Below, piece after piece: positions 39,475 to 47,831 of a stretch of DNA of 64,000 nt. The DNA comes from a virus. The stretch's first letter is position 1. Each line of letters begins with the position of its first letter. The DNA lies in the IMG/VR virus record IMGVR_UViG_3300033145_001047, positions 22,168 through 86,167 of that record. One strand, 5' to 3'. A model generated the notes under the pieces. The model was given only the letters and a program-made list of their open reading frames with translations. It had not been told where the DNA came from and did no database searches. Position numbers and translations under genes: made by a program.

Positions 39475-39916
39475 GCGTCTCCCCTCTCGACCTTCTCCCG
39501 GAACTCGGTCAGCTCGTTAGTGACCACGTCCATGAGCGGCAGTCCCTCTTCTTCGGGCAGTACCGATATCGCCAGCACCCGAGCGAACAGTGCAGCGGCA
39601 CCGGCGAAGAACGCCCGGCGTGTCTCCTGCATCTGCACCCCAGGTATCGGGTCGCTACCGTATCCGGCGCGGAAGTAGTCCGCGTACGCTTTGTCCAGTC
39701 TTTCTATCGTCATGTCACTCACCAGTTCCTCCTCTCGTTTCCACCCTGGTCACGTCGACCACAGGCTGTATCTGCAGAACGTCCCCAGTGCCAAGACAAC
39801 GAACAGGAACACCACGCACCCTATCGCGGTGTACTTCTCCCCCGGTCCTACTGCGCCACAGTGGGGACAGGTCTTCGCAGTCCCCGCCACGTCTCCACCA
39901 CACGTCCCGCACTTCT

Positions 39917-40381
39917 TCATATTCCCCTCCTTGCCCTTCTTCTCCTCCACCATCTCGGCCTCCAGTCTTTCCTCAGCGTGAACGCCTCGGCCAAGTCGAA
40001 GACGTCCACCAGCTTGATATGCCTCGGCGGTATCGCCGCCCCCACGATGTAGGCGTCCTGGGTCCCGTCATGGTACGGGAACTCCCCGATGGTCCCGCTA
40101 TGGTGTAGCAGCAGCCGGTCCCCACCTGGTCCGATGATATGCTTCGGGTCATAGACCACCTTCAACAGCACCACATGGGAGACGCCCTTCGTGGCCACTT
40201 GCCACAGGACGCTCCCGGCATGAGCTACTCCCGTCTGTTGTTCCTTCCACACCCACACCCCCTCGACCGTCGCGTCCGGATACCAGTGCCCGAGGGTCGG
40301 CTTCGTGATCTTGTACGGGGTCAGCCCCTCGCGCTGTATCCGCCCCCAGTTCGCCAGTGATGTGTAGTGCCAGCCTATCAT
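39917..40381 (-). CDS. Putative ADP-ribosyltransferase-fold protein
   Basis: WHYTSLANWGRIQREGL (H-x-T...I...GL), GVWVW strand and C-terminal QDAYIV...IPPRHI. Confidence 0.5.
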   Translation of the reverse strand: MIGWHYTSLANWGRIQREGLTPYKITKPTLGHWYPDATVEGVWVWKEQQTGVAHAGSVLWQVATKGVSHVVLLKVVYDPKHIIGPGGDRLLLHHSGTIGEFPYHDGTQDAYIVGAAIPPRHIKLVDVFDLAEAFTLRKDWRPRWWRRRRARRGI

Positions 40382-41566
40382 TCTTCTATCCGGGGTCGTA
40401 CTGACCAGCTCCCTCGTGGGCCGCGTCGAAGTCCGCCTCGTCCACGATCTCCTGCAGGTCGGCTTCGATCTTCTTCCGGAACTCCTCCGGCAGTTCCTCG
40501 TCGAACAGCCGCGCCGTCACGACCTCGCGTTCCTCTTCCCCTTCCGGGGGATAGCAGTCCTCCGGAGGTCCGTACACTCGACCGGGGTCCTCGTACCCGC
40601 TCGACGTGAAGTCTACCTCCAGGATTCCGCCCTCGGAGGCTGTCCCCGTCACCCCGCTCCAGCTTCTCTTTCCGTCCCTTGTGCTTCGATAGTCAGCCAC
40701 ATTCCCTCCCCTTCAACCGTATCACGTCCGTCCGTGTCAGCGCCACTTTCTTCCCCTTCTTCCCTTCTGCCGTTCCGTCCTCGCGTTTCATCCGAACGAT
40801 TTTTTTGTGATTTTCAGCGCCCCACCCTCCGGAAAAATAGGTCACCGCCGCAAGTTCGGGCTCTACTATCGGATCGCGTTTCCTCCCCGTCTTGTACGTC
40901 ACCACCAGCTTCTCGTCGACCAGGACCTTCGTCGCCAGCTCCCGCGCCACCCGGTCCCCGGTCCCCGCTTGCTTCGCCAGCATCACCAGGCGACCGACCA
41001 CCCGCTCCACTTCCTTCTTGTCTCCCTCGATCACCTACGTCTCCGGATACTCGTATATCGGAGTCACGTCCTCGTCCCTCTCCAAGGCCTCCCGGCTTGA
41101 CTCGGCCATGACTTTCAGCCTCGTGGCAGCAGAAATCATCATTGAATTCGTCCTCTCCGCCGCCCTCTTCATCTTCCAAATACACCAGGACTGCAGAAGC
41201 GACATTATCGCTAGTCCGAAACATATCACCATGAGCATTGTCGTTATCATGCTATTCCTTTCTCAGGATTCCGTACCCGACTCGATAGGACGTCCCCTTG
41301 TCTGTCACCACCGAGACGGTCACCTTATTGACACGCCTCACTGTCCCGCGAATCGGCACCCCCTTTCTGTCCATGAACACGACCCGGTCGCCCTTCTGGT
41401 ACTTGGTCGACTCCAGGGCCGCTTCCTTCCGCTGAGTCTCCCGGAACTGTTCCTTCACAATGTCGAACGCTTCCTTCAACTCCTCGCGGTTCATCTCTCG
41501 GACCAGGACCCGGAGAGTGTCCAGCTTCTCCTGTGCCACCAGCCTCACCCCCTTCCATCATAAAGG

Positions 41567-41653
41567 AACCGGACGCTTTTCAGCCACTCGCCTCCCACCG
41601 CCGTGTTGGGTTTCCCCTCATGCGCCACAGCCTTGTCCGCTGTGCGTCCGGTT
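41567..41653 (-). ncRNA. Candidate structured intergenic RNA
   Basis: Perfect 10-bp closing stem AACCGGACGC/GCGTCCGGTT, with internal hairpins ACAGC/GCTGT and GGG-AAA-CCC. Confidence 0.4.
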
Positions 41654-42033
41654 GACCTATCCTATATCTTCTGTACGTGCTTCTTCCATAGCTCGTGCGC
41701 CTCGGCGTCCGTCTGCGGGAGATACGTCCCGACATGGTACGACTCTCTGTCCTTCGCCCCCACGAGGACAACGCACGGACCCGTCATGTGGACGTCCTCG
41801 TCCCTGTACCCGAGAGCGTGTACGCCGCTCCCTGTCGGAACGCGAAGGAACACCAGACTCTCCCTCAACTTCTCCGCGACCTCCCTGGGAGTCCAGGCCC
41901 TCGGCATTGCGAAGTCGCTCTTCTTCCCTGCAGCATCGAAAGCTCGATAGCTGTACTTCCTCATGACTCCCTCCTCTCGTTTCGTTCCGTAACCCGGCGG
42001 ACGGTCCCGGAGGACCGCCCAACAGGTCCGGGG

Positions 42034-42612
42034 TTACTTCGTGGTGTTCTCGAACGGCTTGTCCCACTTGCCGACGCCGTAGTGGGCGTAGAAGTTCGTA
42101 TCGAAGTAGTCGATCATGCCGTCACTGTCGTCCCGGCGGTAGCTGCTCACGTACCCGGACACGTACTTCATGATCTCGTAGGCCCTCTCGCTCAGGAGTC
42201 CGCCGCGCTCGTGGTACGTCTCGAAGTTCTCCTCCCAGTGGTATTGATTCACCTGGGTGTATCCCTTCTCTCGGTCGTACTCCAGGCGCTTCACGCGCTC
42301 CTCGACGTCGCGGTCGTCCCGGACGTGGCTCTCGCTTGCCTTCTCGGTGAACGGGTCGAACGGACCCGAGGCCAGCGAGACATATATCGACTGTCCGCCG
42401 GAGTACCGCTCTATCCTGACCGAGAACTTCGAGGCCGGGAACTTGCCCTTGAGTTCTTTCCTGACCAGCTTCGCTATGTCCTTGATGTCCAGGCTCCGGT
42501 CGAACTTCTCGCCCTCCCACCCGTGTCCCGTGTAGTTCCTCGCCGCCGTCTTCTCTTCCATAGCTTCCTCCCCGTTTTCTCCGTGCCCCAGGTTGTCGGT
42601 TTCGTTCCTCAT
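42034..42612 (-). CDS. Large-polyvalent-protein-associated domain (LPD29-like) protein
   Basis: DIAKLVRKELK.KFP..KFSVR...YSGGQSI and DDSDGMIDYFDTNFY. First gene after a promoter; alternative start at 42561. Confidence 0.7.
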   Translation of the reverse strand: MRNETDNLGHGENGEEAMEEKTAARNYTGHGWEGEKFDRSLDIKDIAKLVRKELKGKFPASKFSVRIERYSGGQSIYVSLASGPFDPFTEKASESHVRDDRDVEERVKRLEYDREKGYTQVNQYHWEENFETYHERGGLLSERAYEIMKYVSGYVSSYRRDDSDGMIDYFDTNFYAHYGVGKWDKPFENTTK

Positions 42613-42616
42613 TCTG

Positions 42617-42795
42617 TTATAGTATACCCTTTATTTTCTTTTCGTCAAGGTTTCGGGGGCTTTTTCTTCATGTTCCTGAGTCGCTCTAAGTCCTTGTTCT
42701 GTCATGGGTTCCCTCAGCCGATAGAATTCTTTTCACATTATTTTACGTCGCGGGATTGACGTGCTGTAAGTCGTTGCAGCACAACGACCTCGCGG
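42617..42795 (-). promoter_or_regulatory. Early promoter cassette, copy 2
   Basis: TTGACG-N16-TATACT (42621-42648) plus conserved upstream boxes. Confidence 0.75.
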
Positions 42796-42799
42796 TCGG

Positions 42800-43660
42800 C
42801 TACTCAGCGGCCCCTTTCAGCCTGGGCTCCGCTGCCATTGCGTTCAGCTTCTTGACCAGGTCCAGGCGCTTGAACTCCAGGTGCAGGTTCCCGTTCAGGT
42901 ACGCCTTGAACTTGAAGTACTCGGTCTCGCCTACGCCGCCGGTCTTCCCCGCCTCCGTGACCTCGTCGTGGAGTGGCCCACCGTACGACTTGATAGCTCC
43001 CTTCCCGTCGAGCAGCAGGAAGACATTGTCCAGCGTCCGGTAGCATTGCTCCCTGGAACGATTAGGCTCTACCCCTCCCCCGGTCCACCGCAGCGATACC
43101 ATTCCATCGAGTATCACCTTGCGCCCGACATCGAACTTGCCGTACTTTTCGTTCGTCTTGTATTCCGGCCTCCATGCCGATTGCCTCGCCGCCGGTCGCA
43201 GCATATCAAAGACTTCGCGCACCAGCTCCAGCACGTAGCTGTCCGCGTGTTCCCCGAAGTGTCGGGCCATTCCCTGCATATTCTCTATCGTTAGGTCAGG
43301 GAGTTTCCCCTCCTCCAGTTGCTTACCGAACTCGTTCGCCCTCTTGGTCGAGAGCATCCGCTTGAACTCTGCTATGTCGGCTATCGCCCTCCACGCATCC
43401 CTGGTGATCTCTTTCAGTACGGCCTCGGCCTCGTCGGGACCCACGCCGTAGCTGTTACGTCTCCTGACGTTGAACCCGGCCCTGTCCTGGAACACCGCTT
43501 TCAATCGGTCCTCTGCTTTTTTGAGGAAAGCATAGCCGCGATGGATTTCGCCACACGCCGCCGTGTAGTTCTCGACCATCGTGGTCGCCGTCGACCTCGG
43601 TATCAGTTCCTTCGTCGTCGGCTCGGTCACGATCTCCTCCCCTCGTCCAGGTTCCGGCAT
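42800..43660 (-). CDS. DUF4942-like protein without a methyltransferase domain
   Basis: YKTN...VGRKVI, LDNVFLLLDGK and EYFKFKAYLNGNLHLEFKRLDLVKKLN. Confidence 0.75.
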   Translation of the reverse strand: MPEPGRGEEIVTEPTTKELIPRSTATTMVENYTAACGEIHRGYAFLKKAEDRLKAVFQDRAGFNVRRRNSYGVGPDEAEAVLKEITRDAWRAIADIAEFKRMLSTKRANEFGKQLEEGKLPDLTIENMQGMARHFGEHADSYVLELVREVFDMLRPAARQSAWRPEYKTNEKYGKFDVGRKVILDGMVSLRWTGGGVEPNRSREQCYRTLDNVFLLLDGKGAIKSYGGPLHDEVTEAGKTGGVGETEYFKFKAYLNGNLHLEFKRLDLVKKLNAMAAEPRLKGAAE

Positions 43661-44596
43661 TCGTCACAGAACAGCGCCGGGTCCTTCATTGCCAGCCGCG
43701 CCTTCGGGACACTGGTCGCCCCGGACGTGGTCCCATGAGCGTCACACACGACCGCGTACTTGCCCTCCACGTCGATCTCCTGGAGAGCCCCTACATATAT
43801 GACCACCTTCGAGCCGGGGACGTACGGGTTCATGCGCTCCGCGACGTATCCCGGCTCCGTGTTGTGCTGCTTCCTCAGCATCCGGTGATCTCCACGGCCC
43901 ACTGGGTCAGGCTGTGGTCGATCTTGTAGGCGATACCCTCGCGCTGCAGCCCGGCCAGGTACGCCGCCAGCAGTCGCGCCCCGTCGTCCGTCTTGTCAAA
44001 GCACACCAGCCTGTCCACGTTCACGTCGGTCCCCCTCTCTACAGTTCCCACACCAGGTCGATCTCGACCCACACGCCCCGAGCACCCTCGACCGCTGCCG
44101 GTTTCACCTTGACGTAGTGGGTGAGCAGCTTCGTCCGGGGGTCCTCCTCCGTCTTGCTCTCGTCCATCCATATCCCGACCGCCGCGCCTCCCGTCGGTCG
44201 CTCGTACTTGACCAGGTCGCCCTTCTCGAACTTCGCCGTGGTCTCGTTCATGCCTTCACCGAACAGGACGCTTCCGCTGAGGTTATCGTTATATGTCCAG
44301 CAGAGGGATGATGCTTGAGAATCCAAATAGCTTCCGCCATGTTCAGCACGTCAGGAAGTCCAGCACTGAAATATCCACAGTCCGCCACGCACACGATCTT
44401 CTTGCCGTCGAGCGCAAAGCCCACACTTGCGCGTTTTCCGAAGTATCCGTCCGGCACGGTGCCGTGAGCGAATACCGCAGCCTTGGCCTCTTCATAGTTC
44501 ATGTTAGCGCCTCCTCCGCCGTAGGAATAGTCCGGCCCGGTTACCATCGGGAAGTTGTCGGTCAGAGCCATGTCTTTCTCCTCTCGTTCTCGTTAC

Positions 44597-44775
44597 ATCA
44601 TAGTATACTCTTTGTTCTCTTTTAGTCAATCCTTTGGGGGTATTTTCTTCGCGTTCAATGGTCGGTATAAGTTCTCCCGTATCAGCATGTTCTGACGGGA
44701 CCTAGAAATATCTTCACATTATTTCACGTCAGGGCCTTGACGTGTTGTAAGCTGTTGGCATGTAAGAACCTTGTG
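44597..44775 (-). promoter_or_regulatory. Early promoter cassette, copy 1
   Basis: TTGACT-N16-TATACT (44602-44629); perfect dyad CACGTCA-N6-TGACGTG at 44725-44744. Confidence 0.75.
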
Positions 44776-44859
44776 GGTCGCCTCCGGGCGCGCTCGATTG
44801 CCTTCAATATATAAGGCTCTGCCGGTCGCCGGGTTCCGGGCCGTCAAGTGGGTGTCGGG

Positions 44860-45097
44860 GACCTGTTGGCCGCTGTTGGTGACCTGGGGAGAACGTGGTC
44901 GTCGGTCGCTCCGGTAGTCCTGGGTGTTGGTATGTTGGTAGTTCTCAACAGCTACGCGACAAGTTTCCCACAGCGTCGCGCTGGTCGGTTCCCGCGCCTA
45001 GCCTTCTGGTTGCGTCGACCTGGTGCAAAGTTACCAACATTACCAACATTCTTATAAATACGGATAATATCTTTATAGACTATCTTATTATAAGAAG
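44860..45097. repeat. TGTTGG(TA) direct and inverted repeats plus AT-rich tract
   Basis: CTGTTGG at 44863 and 44873, TGTTGGTA x2 at 44925-44940, inverted TTACCAACA x2 at 45031-45048, AT-rich 45049-45097. Confidence 0.6.
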
Positions 45098-45100
45098 CAC

Positions 45101-45355
45101 TCAGGGGGAGCTGGTCGCCCGACGATTTGCCTCGATTTGAAGACGCAACAGCACGCCCGCGTCGATTCCCCATGTGTCACGATCTCTGACCACATCTTGC
45201 AGTGGTCCGTCCTTCGACAGCTTCGCCTTGAACTGGACACCCGCCGGTATGATGTAGAGCTGGTCCCCTTCCGGGAGGACCTCCGGCCCCTTCGTCTCTG
45301 GACATCCGGAGCACAGCAGGGCAACGAACAGACACAGCACCAGGAACTTCTTCAT
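45101..45355 (-). CDS. Lipoprotein, putative o-spanin
   Basis: MKKFLVLCLFVALLCSGC lipobox; last gene of the lysis-like cluster. Confidence 0.65.
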   Translation of the reverse strand: MKKFLVLCLFVALLCSGCPETKGPEVLPEGDQLYIIPAGVQFKAKLSKDGPLQDVVRDRDTWGIDAGVLLRLQIEANRRATSSP

Positions 45356-45549
45356 ATTCTCCTCCTATGTGACGTCGACGTAGCGGACCTTCCGCCTCGC
45401 GCCCGACCGTACGCTTGCTCCAGGGTATCCATCTTCCGGAGGAGCGACTGCTTCCTCCGCCGCGCTTTCTCCTCGGGGGTCATGAAGCCGCCGAGGATGT
45501 TCAGTACACTCAGGATTATCTTGAGTATGGTCCCCACGTCTACCTCCAT
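45352..45549 (-). CDS. Small membrane-anchored protein, putative i-spanin
   Basis: Hydrophobic ILKIILSVLNILGGF then a basic helix; coupled to the lipoprotein gene. May start at GTG 45537. Confidence 0.4.
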   Translation of the reverse strand: MEVDVGTILKIILSVLNILGGFMTPEEKARRRKQSLLRKMDTLEQAYGRARGGRSATSTSHRRRI

Positions 45550-45550
45550 A

Positions 45551-45583
45551 GAAAAGGGGCGGAGGTTATTCCCCCCCGCCCCC
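45551..45583 (-). terminator. Rho-independent terminator
   Basis: GGGGCGGGGG-loop-CCTCCGCCCC followed by TTTTCT on the minus strand. Confidence 0.65.
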
Positions 45584-45593
45584 GGTTCGTGAA

Positions 45594-46058
45594 CTAACCG
45601 CCGACGACGTTCGCCAGCTTCCCTTCGATCATTGCCCGGAACTTCGGAAGGTTCGAGACAATCAGCTCTCGCGCTCGTTCCTCCGTCAGGCCCGGCACCT
45701 TCTCGCACAGCTTCTTGACCGCCTTGTGGAATTTCTCCTCCCACGTCAGCTTCGCCTGTCCGAGTTTCAGCTTCTTCGCGCTGTACTCTTCGGCGTACCC
45801 GATAGCATCCAGCGTGAATCCGGATATCATCTTCTTCTGCGATTCCTTCAACTCGATACCGTACTTGTCGGCCAGTTTCGTGAGCAGCTTCAATACGAAC
45901 CCGGCCAAGACAACACCGACACCCTTCCACAGCATAGACCACACCATGTCGATTGTCTTCCCGACCTCGCTCTGCTCTCCTCCTCCCTCGGCTCCGAAGA
46001 GCACCAGGGGAAGGACGACTACCAGCAACAGCACCAACACCCAGGACCACCTACGCAT
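45594..46058 (-). CDS. Putative holin (LL-H-like)
   Basis: Two hydrophobic segments, then AIGYAEE...KFHKAV...LIVS helical domain. Confidence 0.6.
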   Translation of the reverse strand: MRRWSWVLVLLLVVVLPLVLFGAEGGGEQSEVGKTIDMVWSMLWKGVGVVLAGFVLKLLTKLADKYGIELKESQKKMISGFTLDAIGYAEEYSAKKLKLGQAKLTWEEKFHKAVKKLCEKVPGLTEERARELIVSNLPKFRAMIEGKLANVVGG

Positions 46059-46259
46059 CTACATCACCCCCTTTATCTTCTACTCTCCTCATTCTCACGA
46101 CGTGCCCGTCGATATCTAACTTAACCCCGCTAACGTCTCCCTGGTCGAGCCTGGACATCTCAATCGCCCGGTCGATGATCTCCCCGAGGGTCTCGCCCTC
46201 CAGGGTATCCTCAGCCGTCGTCCCTAAGCCGTGTGTCCATGTCCGGAATGTCAGCCTCA

Positions 46260-46631
46260 TCAGTGCTTCCCTCCGCCGTTCAACCCCTGGAGGACCTTTA
46301 TCATTTCCTTGTGCTCTTCGCGCTGGAACTCGTGGGCTTGCTTCACCATCTCATGGAAGGACTTGCTGTTTTCGTGCTGCTTGATACGTTCACCGTGCAT
46401 GACCTTGATCTCTTCATGCCAGGCGGTGCGCTCCGACGACGCCTCGTTCCGCTCGACCGCAGCCTGGGATAATAGGCCAGTCCTCTCAAGGGAGAACTTC
46501 TCCCGCTCCTCGGCCATTTCCTTCGCTATCCGGTCCCAGTGTTTCACCGCCCACTTGAGCAAAACGTAACACAGGAGAAAGAATCCCCCGGCCATGCCTA
46601 GCTGTTGTGCAATCTGTATTCCTGTGCCCAT
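46260..46631 (-). CDS. Putative holin/BhlA-like membrane protein
   Basis: One N-terminal TM segment (LGMAGGFFLLCYVLLKW) plus coiled coil. Confidence 0.55.
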   Translation of the reverse strand: MGTGIQIAQQLGMAGGFFLLCYVLLKWAVKHWDRIAKEMAEEREKFSLERTGLLSQAAVERNEASSERTAWHEEIKVMHGERIKQHENSKSFHEMVKQAHEFQREEHKEMIKVLQGLNGGGKH

Positions 46632-46659
46632 ACGTCAGTCTCCCTTCTCGATTACCTGT

Positions 46660-47778
46660 TCATCCTCCGGCCACTCCATCACCTCCTCCAGTATGGCCAC
46701 CTTTCCCACTGTTTGCTGGTACTCTTTCTCCAGGCTCACAAGGCGCTTCCTCAGCTCCTCGATTTTCATGAACACCATCTTCTTCGTGATCTTCTGTCCC
46801 AGGGCATCCGGCGTCGCCTCCATTGTCTTCTCCTCCCGCCTCCTCGTCGAAGGCTTTCAAGATTTCCTCAGAACTGTAGTCCATGCAACGGTCGTCGAAT
46901 TGGCACTCCCACATGAACCCAGTCGGTTGTATGTCGAACAAGTAGCTGTTCGGCCTGTGGCACATCGGCGTCGGACACGCCTTTCGCGTCAGGTTCCGGT
47001 GCTCTCCATAGCCGAGCACCTTCGGATTCGTTCCGCCCCACATGCACACGGTCCTCTTCCCGAGAGCCGTGGCTCCGTGGTAGAGGAACGAGTCGATGCA
47101 CAACACGTGCGGGACATGCAGCAGCAGCGCCAGGATAGAACGTACCGGGAAGTTGACTATCTCCGCCTTGCTCGGGTGGAACTGGGTGTCGTGGCCGACG
47201 CTGCCGACCATGAAGCCGCGCTCGACCAGAGCGTCCGTGATCTCGGTGACGACATCCTCCGGAAGCGACCGCCGGTACATGGCCGACTTCGCCGTAATCT
47301 TCGCCTTCTCGCTGCGGTCGTCCGGCTTCTTCCCGCCGTTATGCTGGAAGAGGACCATCTTCCGGTCGAAGCCCTCCAGGTAGACCCGAGCCATGCTTCG
47401 CTCGTTGTCAGTGAAGTACAGCTCCGGGTGGACCCCAGTGCAGGGGACGCCTATCAGGTCACACCAGCACTCGACGAAGTGCTTCCGCCCGTACACGTAG
47501 TTGAACGCCGTGTACGGCTCGACGTTCAGGACCGCCGTCTTCGATTCGAGAATGTAATCCTCGAAGAAGTAGAGCGGGTTCCCGACATTCACGACGCGCC
47601 GGATGTGTGGATTCTTGAGAAAGACATCCGGGCATGTTGCCACGACCGTGAGGTCCTTCTCGGGATATGCTGCCTTGATCGACCGGACGACCGCCGTGGC
47701 CATGATGTTCCGACCGATACCACCCTGGACGACGAGGGCTATCTGCTCGGCGTCCTCCATGTCCTTCGCAATGTCCAT
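46660..47778 (-). CDS. GT9-like (heptosyltransferase-type, GT-B) glycosyltransferase
   Basis: VQGGIGRNIMATAVVRSIK..YP, DVFLKNPHI, LCIDSFLYH.A.ALGK, WGGTNP...GY and a C-terminal four-Cys cluster. Confidence 0.85.
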   Translation of the reverse strand: MDIAKDMEDAEQIALVVQGGIGRNIMATAVVRSIKAAYPEKDLTVVATCPDVFLKNPHIRRVVNVGNPLYFFEDYILESKTAVLNVEPYTAFNYVYGRKHFVECWCDLIGVPCTGVHPELYFTDNERSMARVYLEGFDRKMVLFQHNGGKKPDDRSEKAKITAKSAMYRRSLPEDVVTEITDALVERGFMVGSVGHDTQFHPSKAEIVNFPVRSILALLLHVPHVLCIDSFLYHGATALGKRTVCMWGGTNPKVLGYGEHRNLTRKACPTPMCHRPNSYLFDIQPTGFMWECQFDDRCMDYSSEEILKAFDEEAGGEDNGGDAGCPGTEDHEEDGVHENRGAEEAPCEPGERVPANSGKGGHTGGGDGVAGG

Positions 47779-47831
47779 GCCTTCCTCCTAAGCACTTATA
47801 TCCGGAGCTTCGTCAGCCCCACCTTTTCATT

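Noticed and set aside
9335-41653. tRNA genes in the structured gaps (9335, 12133, 41567)
   Set aside because: No cloverleaf with a correctly placed T-loop and acceptor stem could be built by eye.
44800-44850. Additional promoter TTGACG...TATATT
   Set aside because: Spacing between the boxes is far longer than 16-18 bp.
37715-45100. CRISPR array or mini-array
   Set aside because: The repeats are kilobases apart or under 10 bp long; there is no repeat-spacer periodicity.
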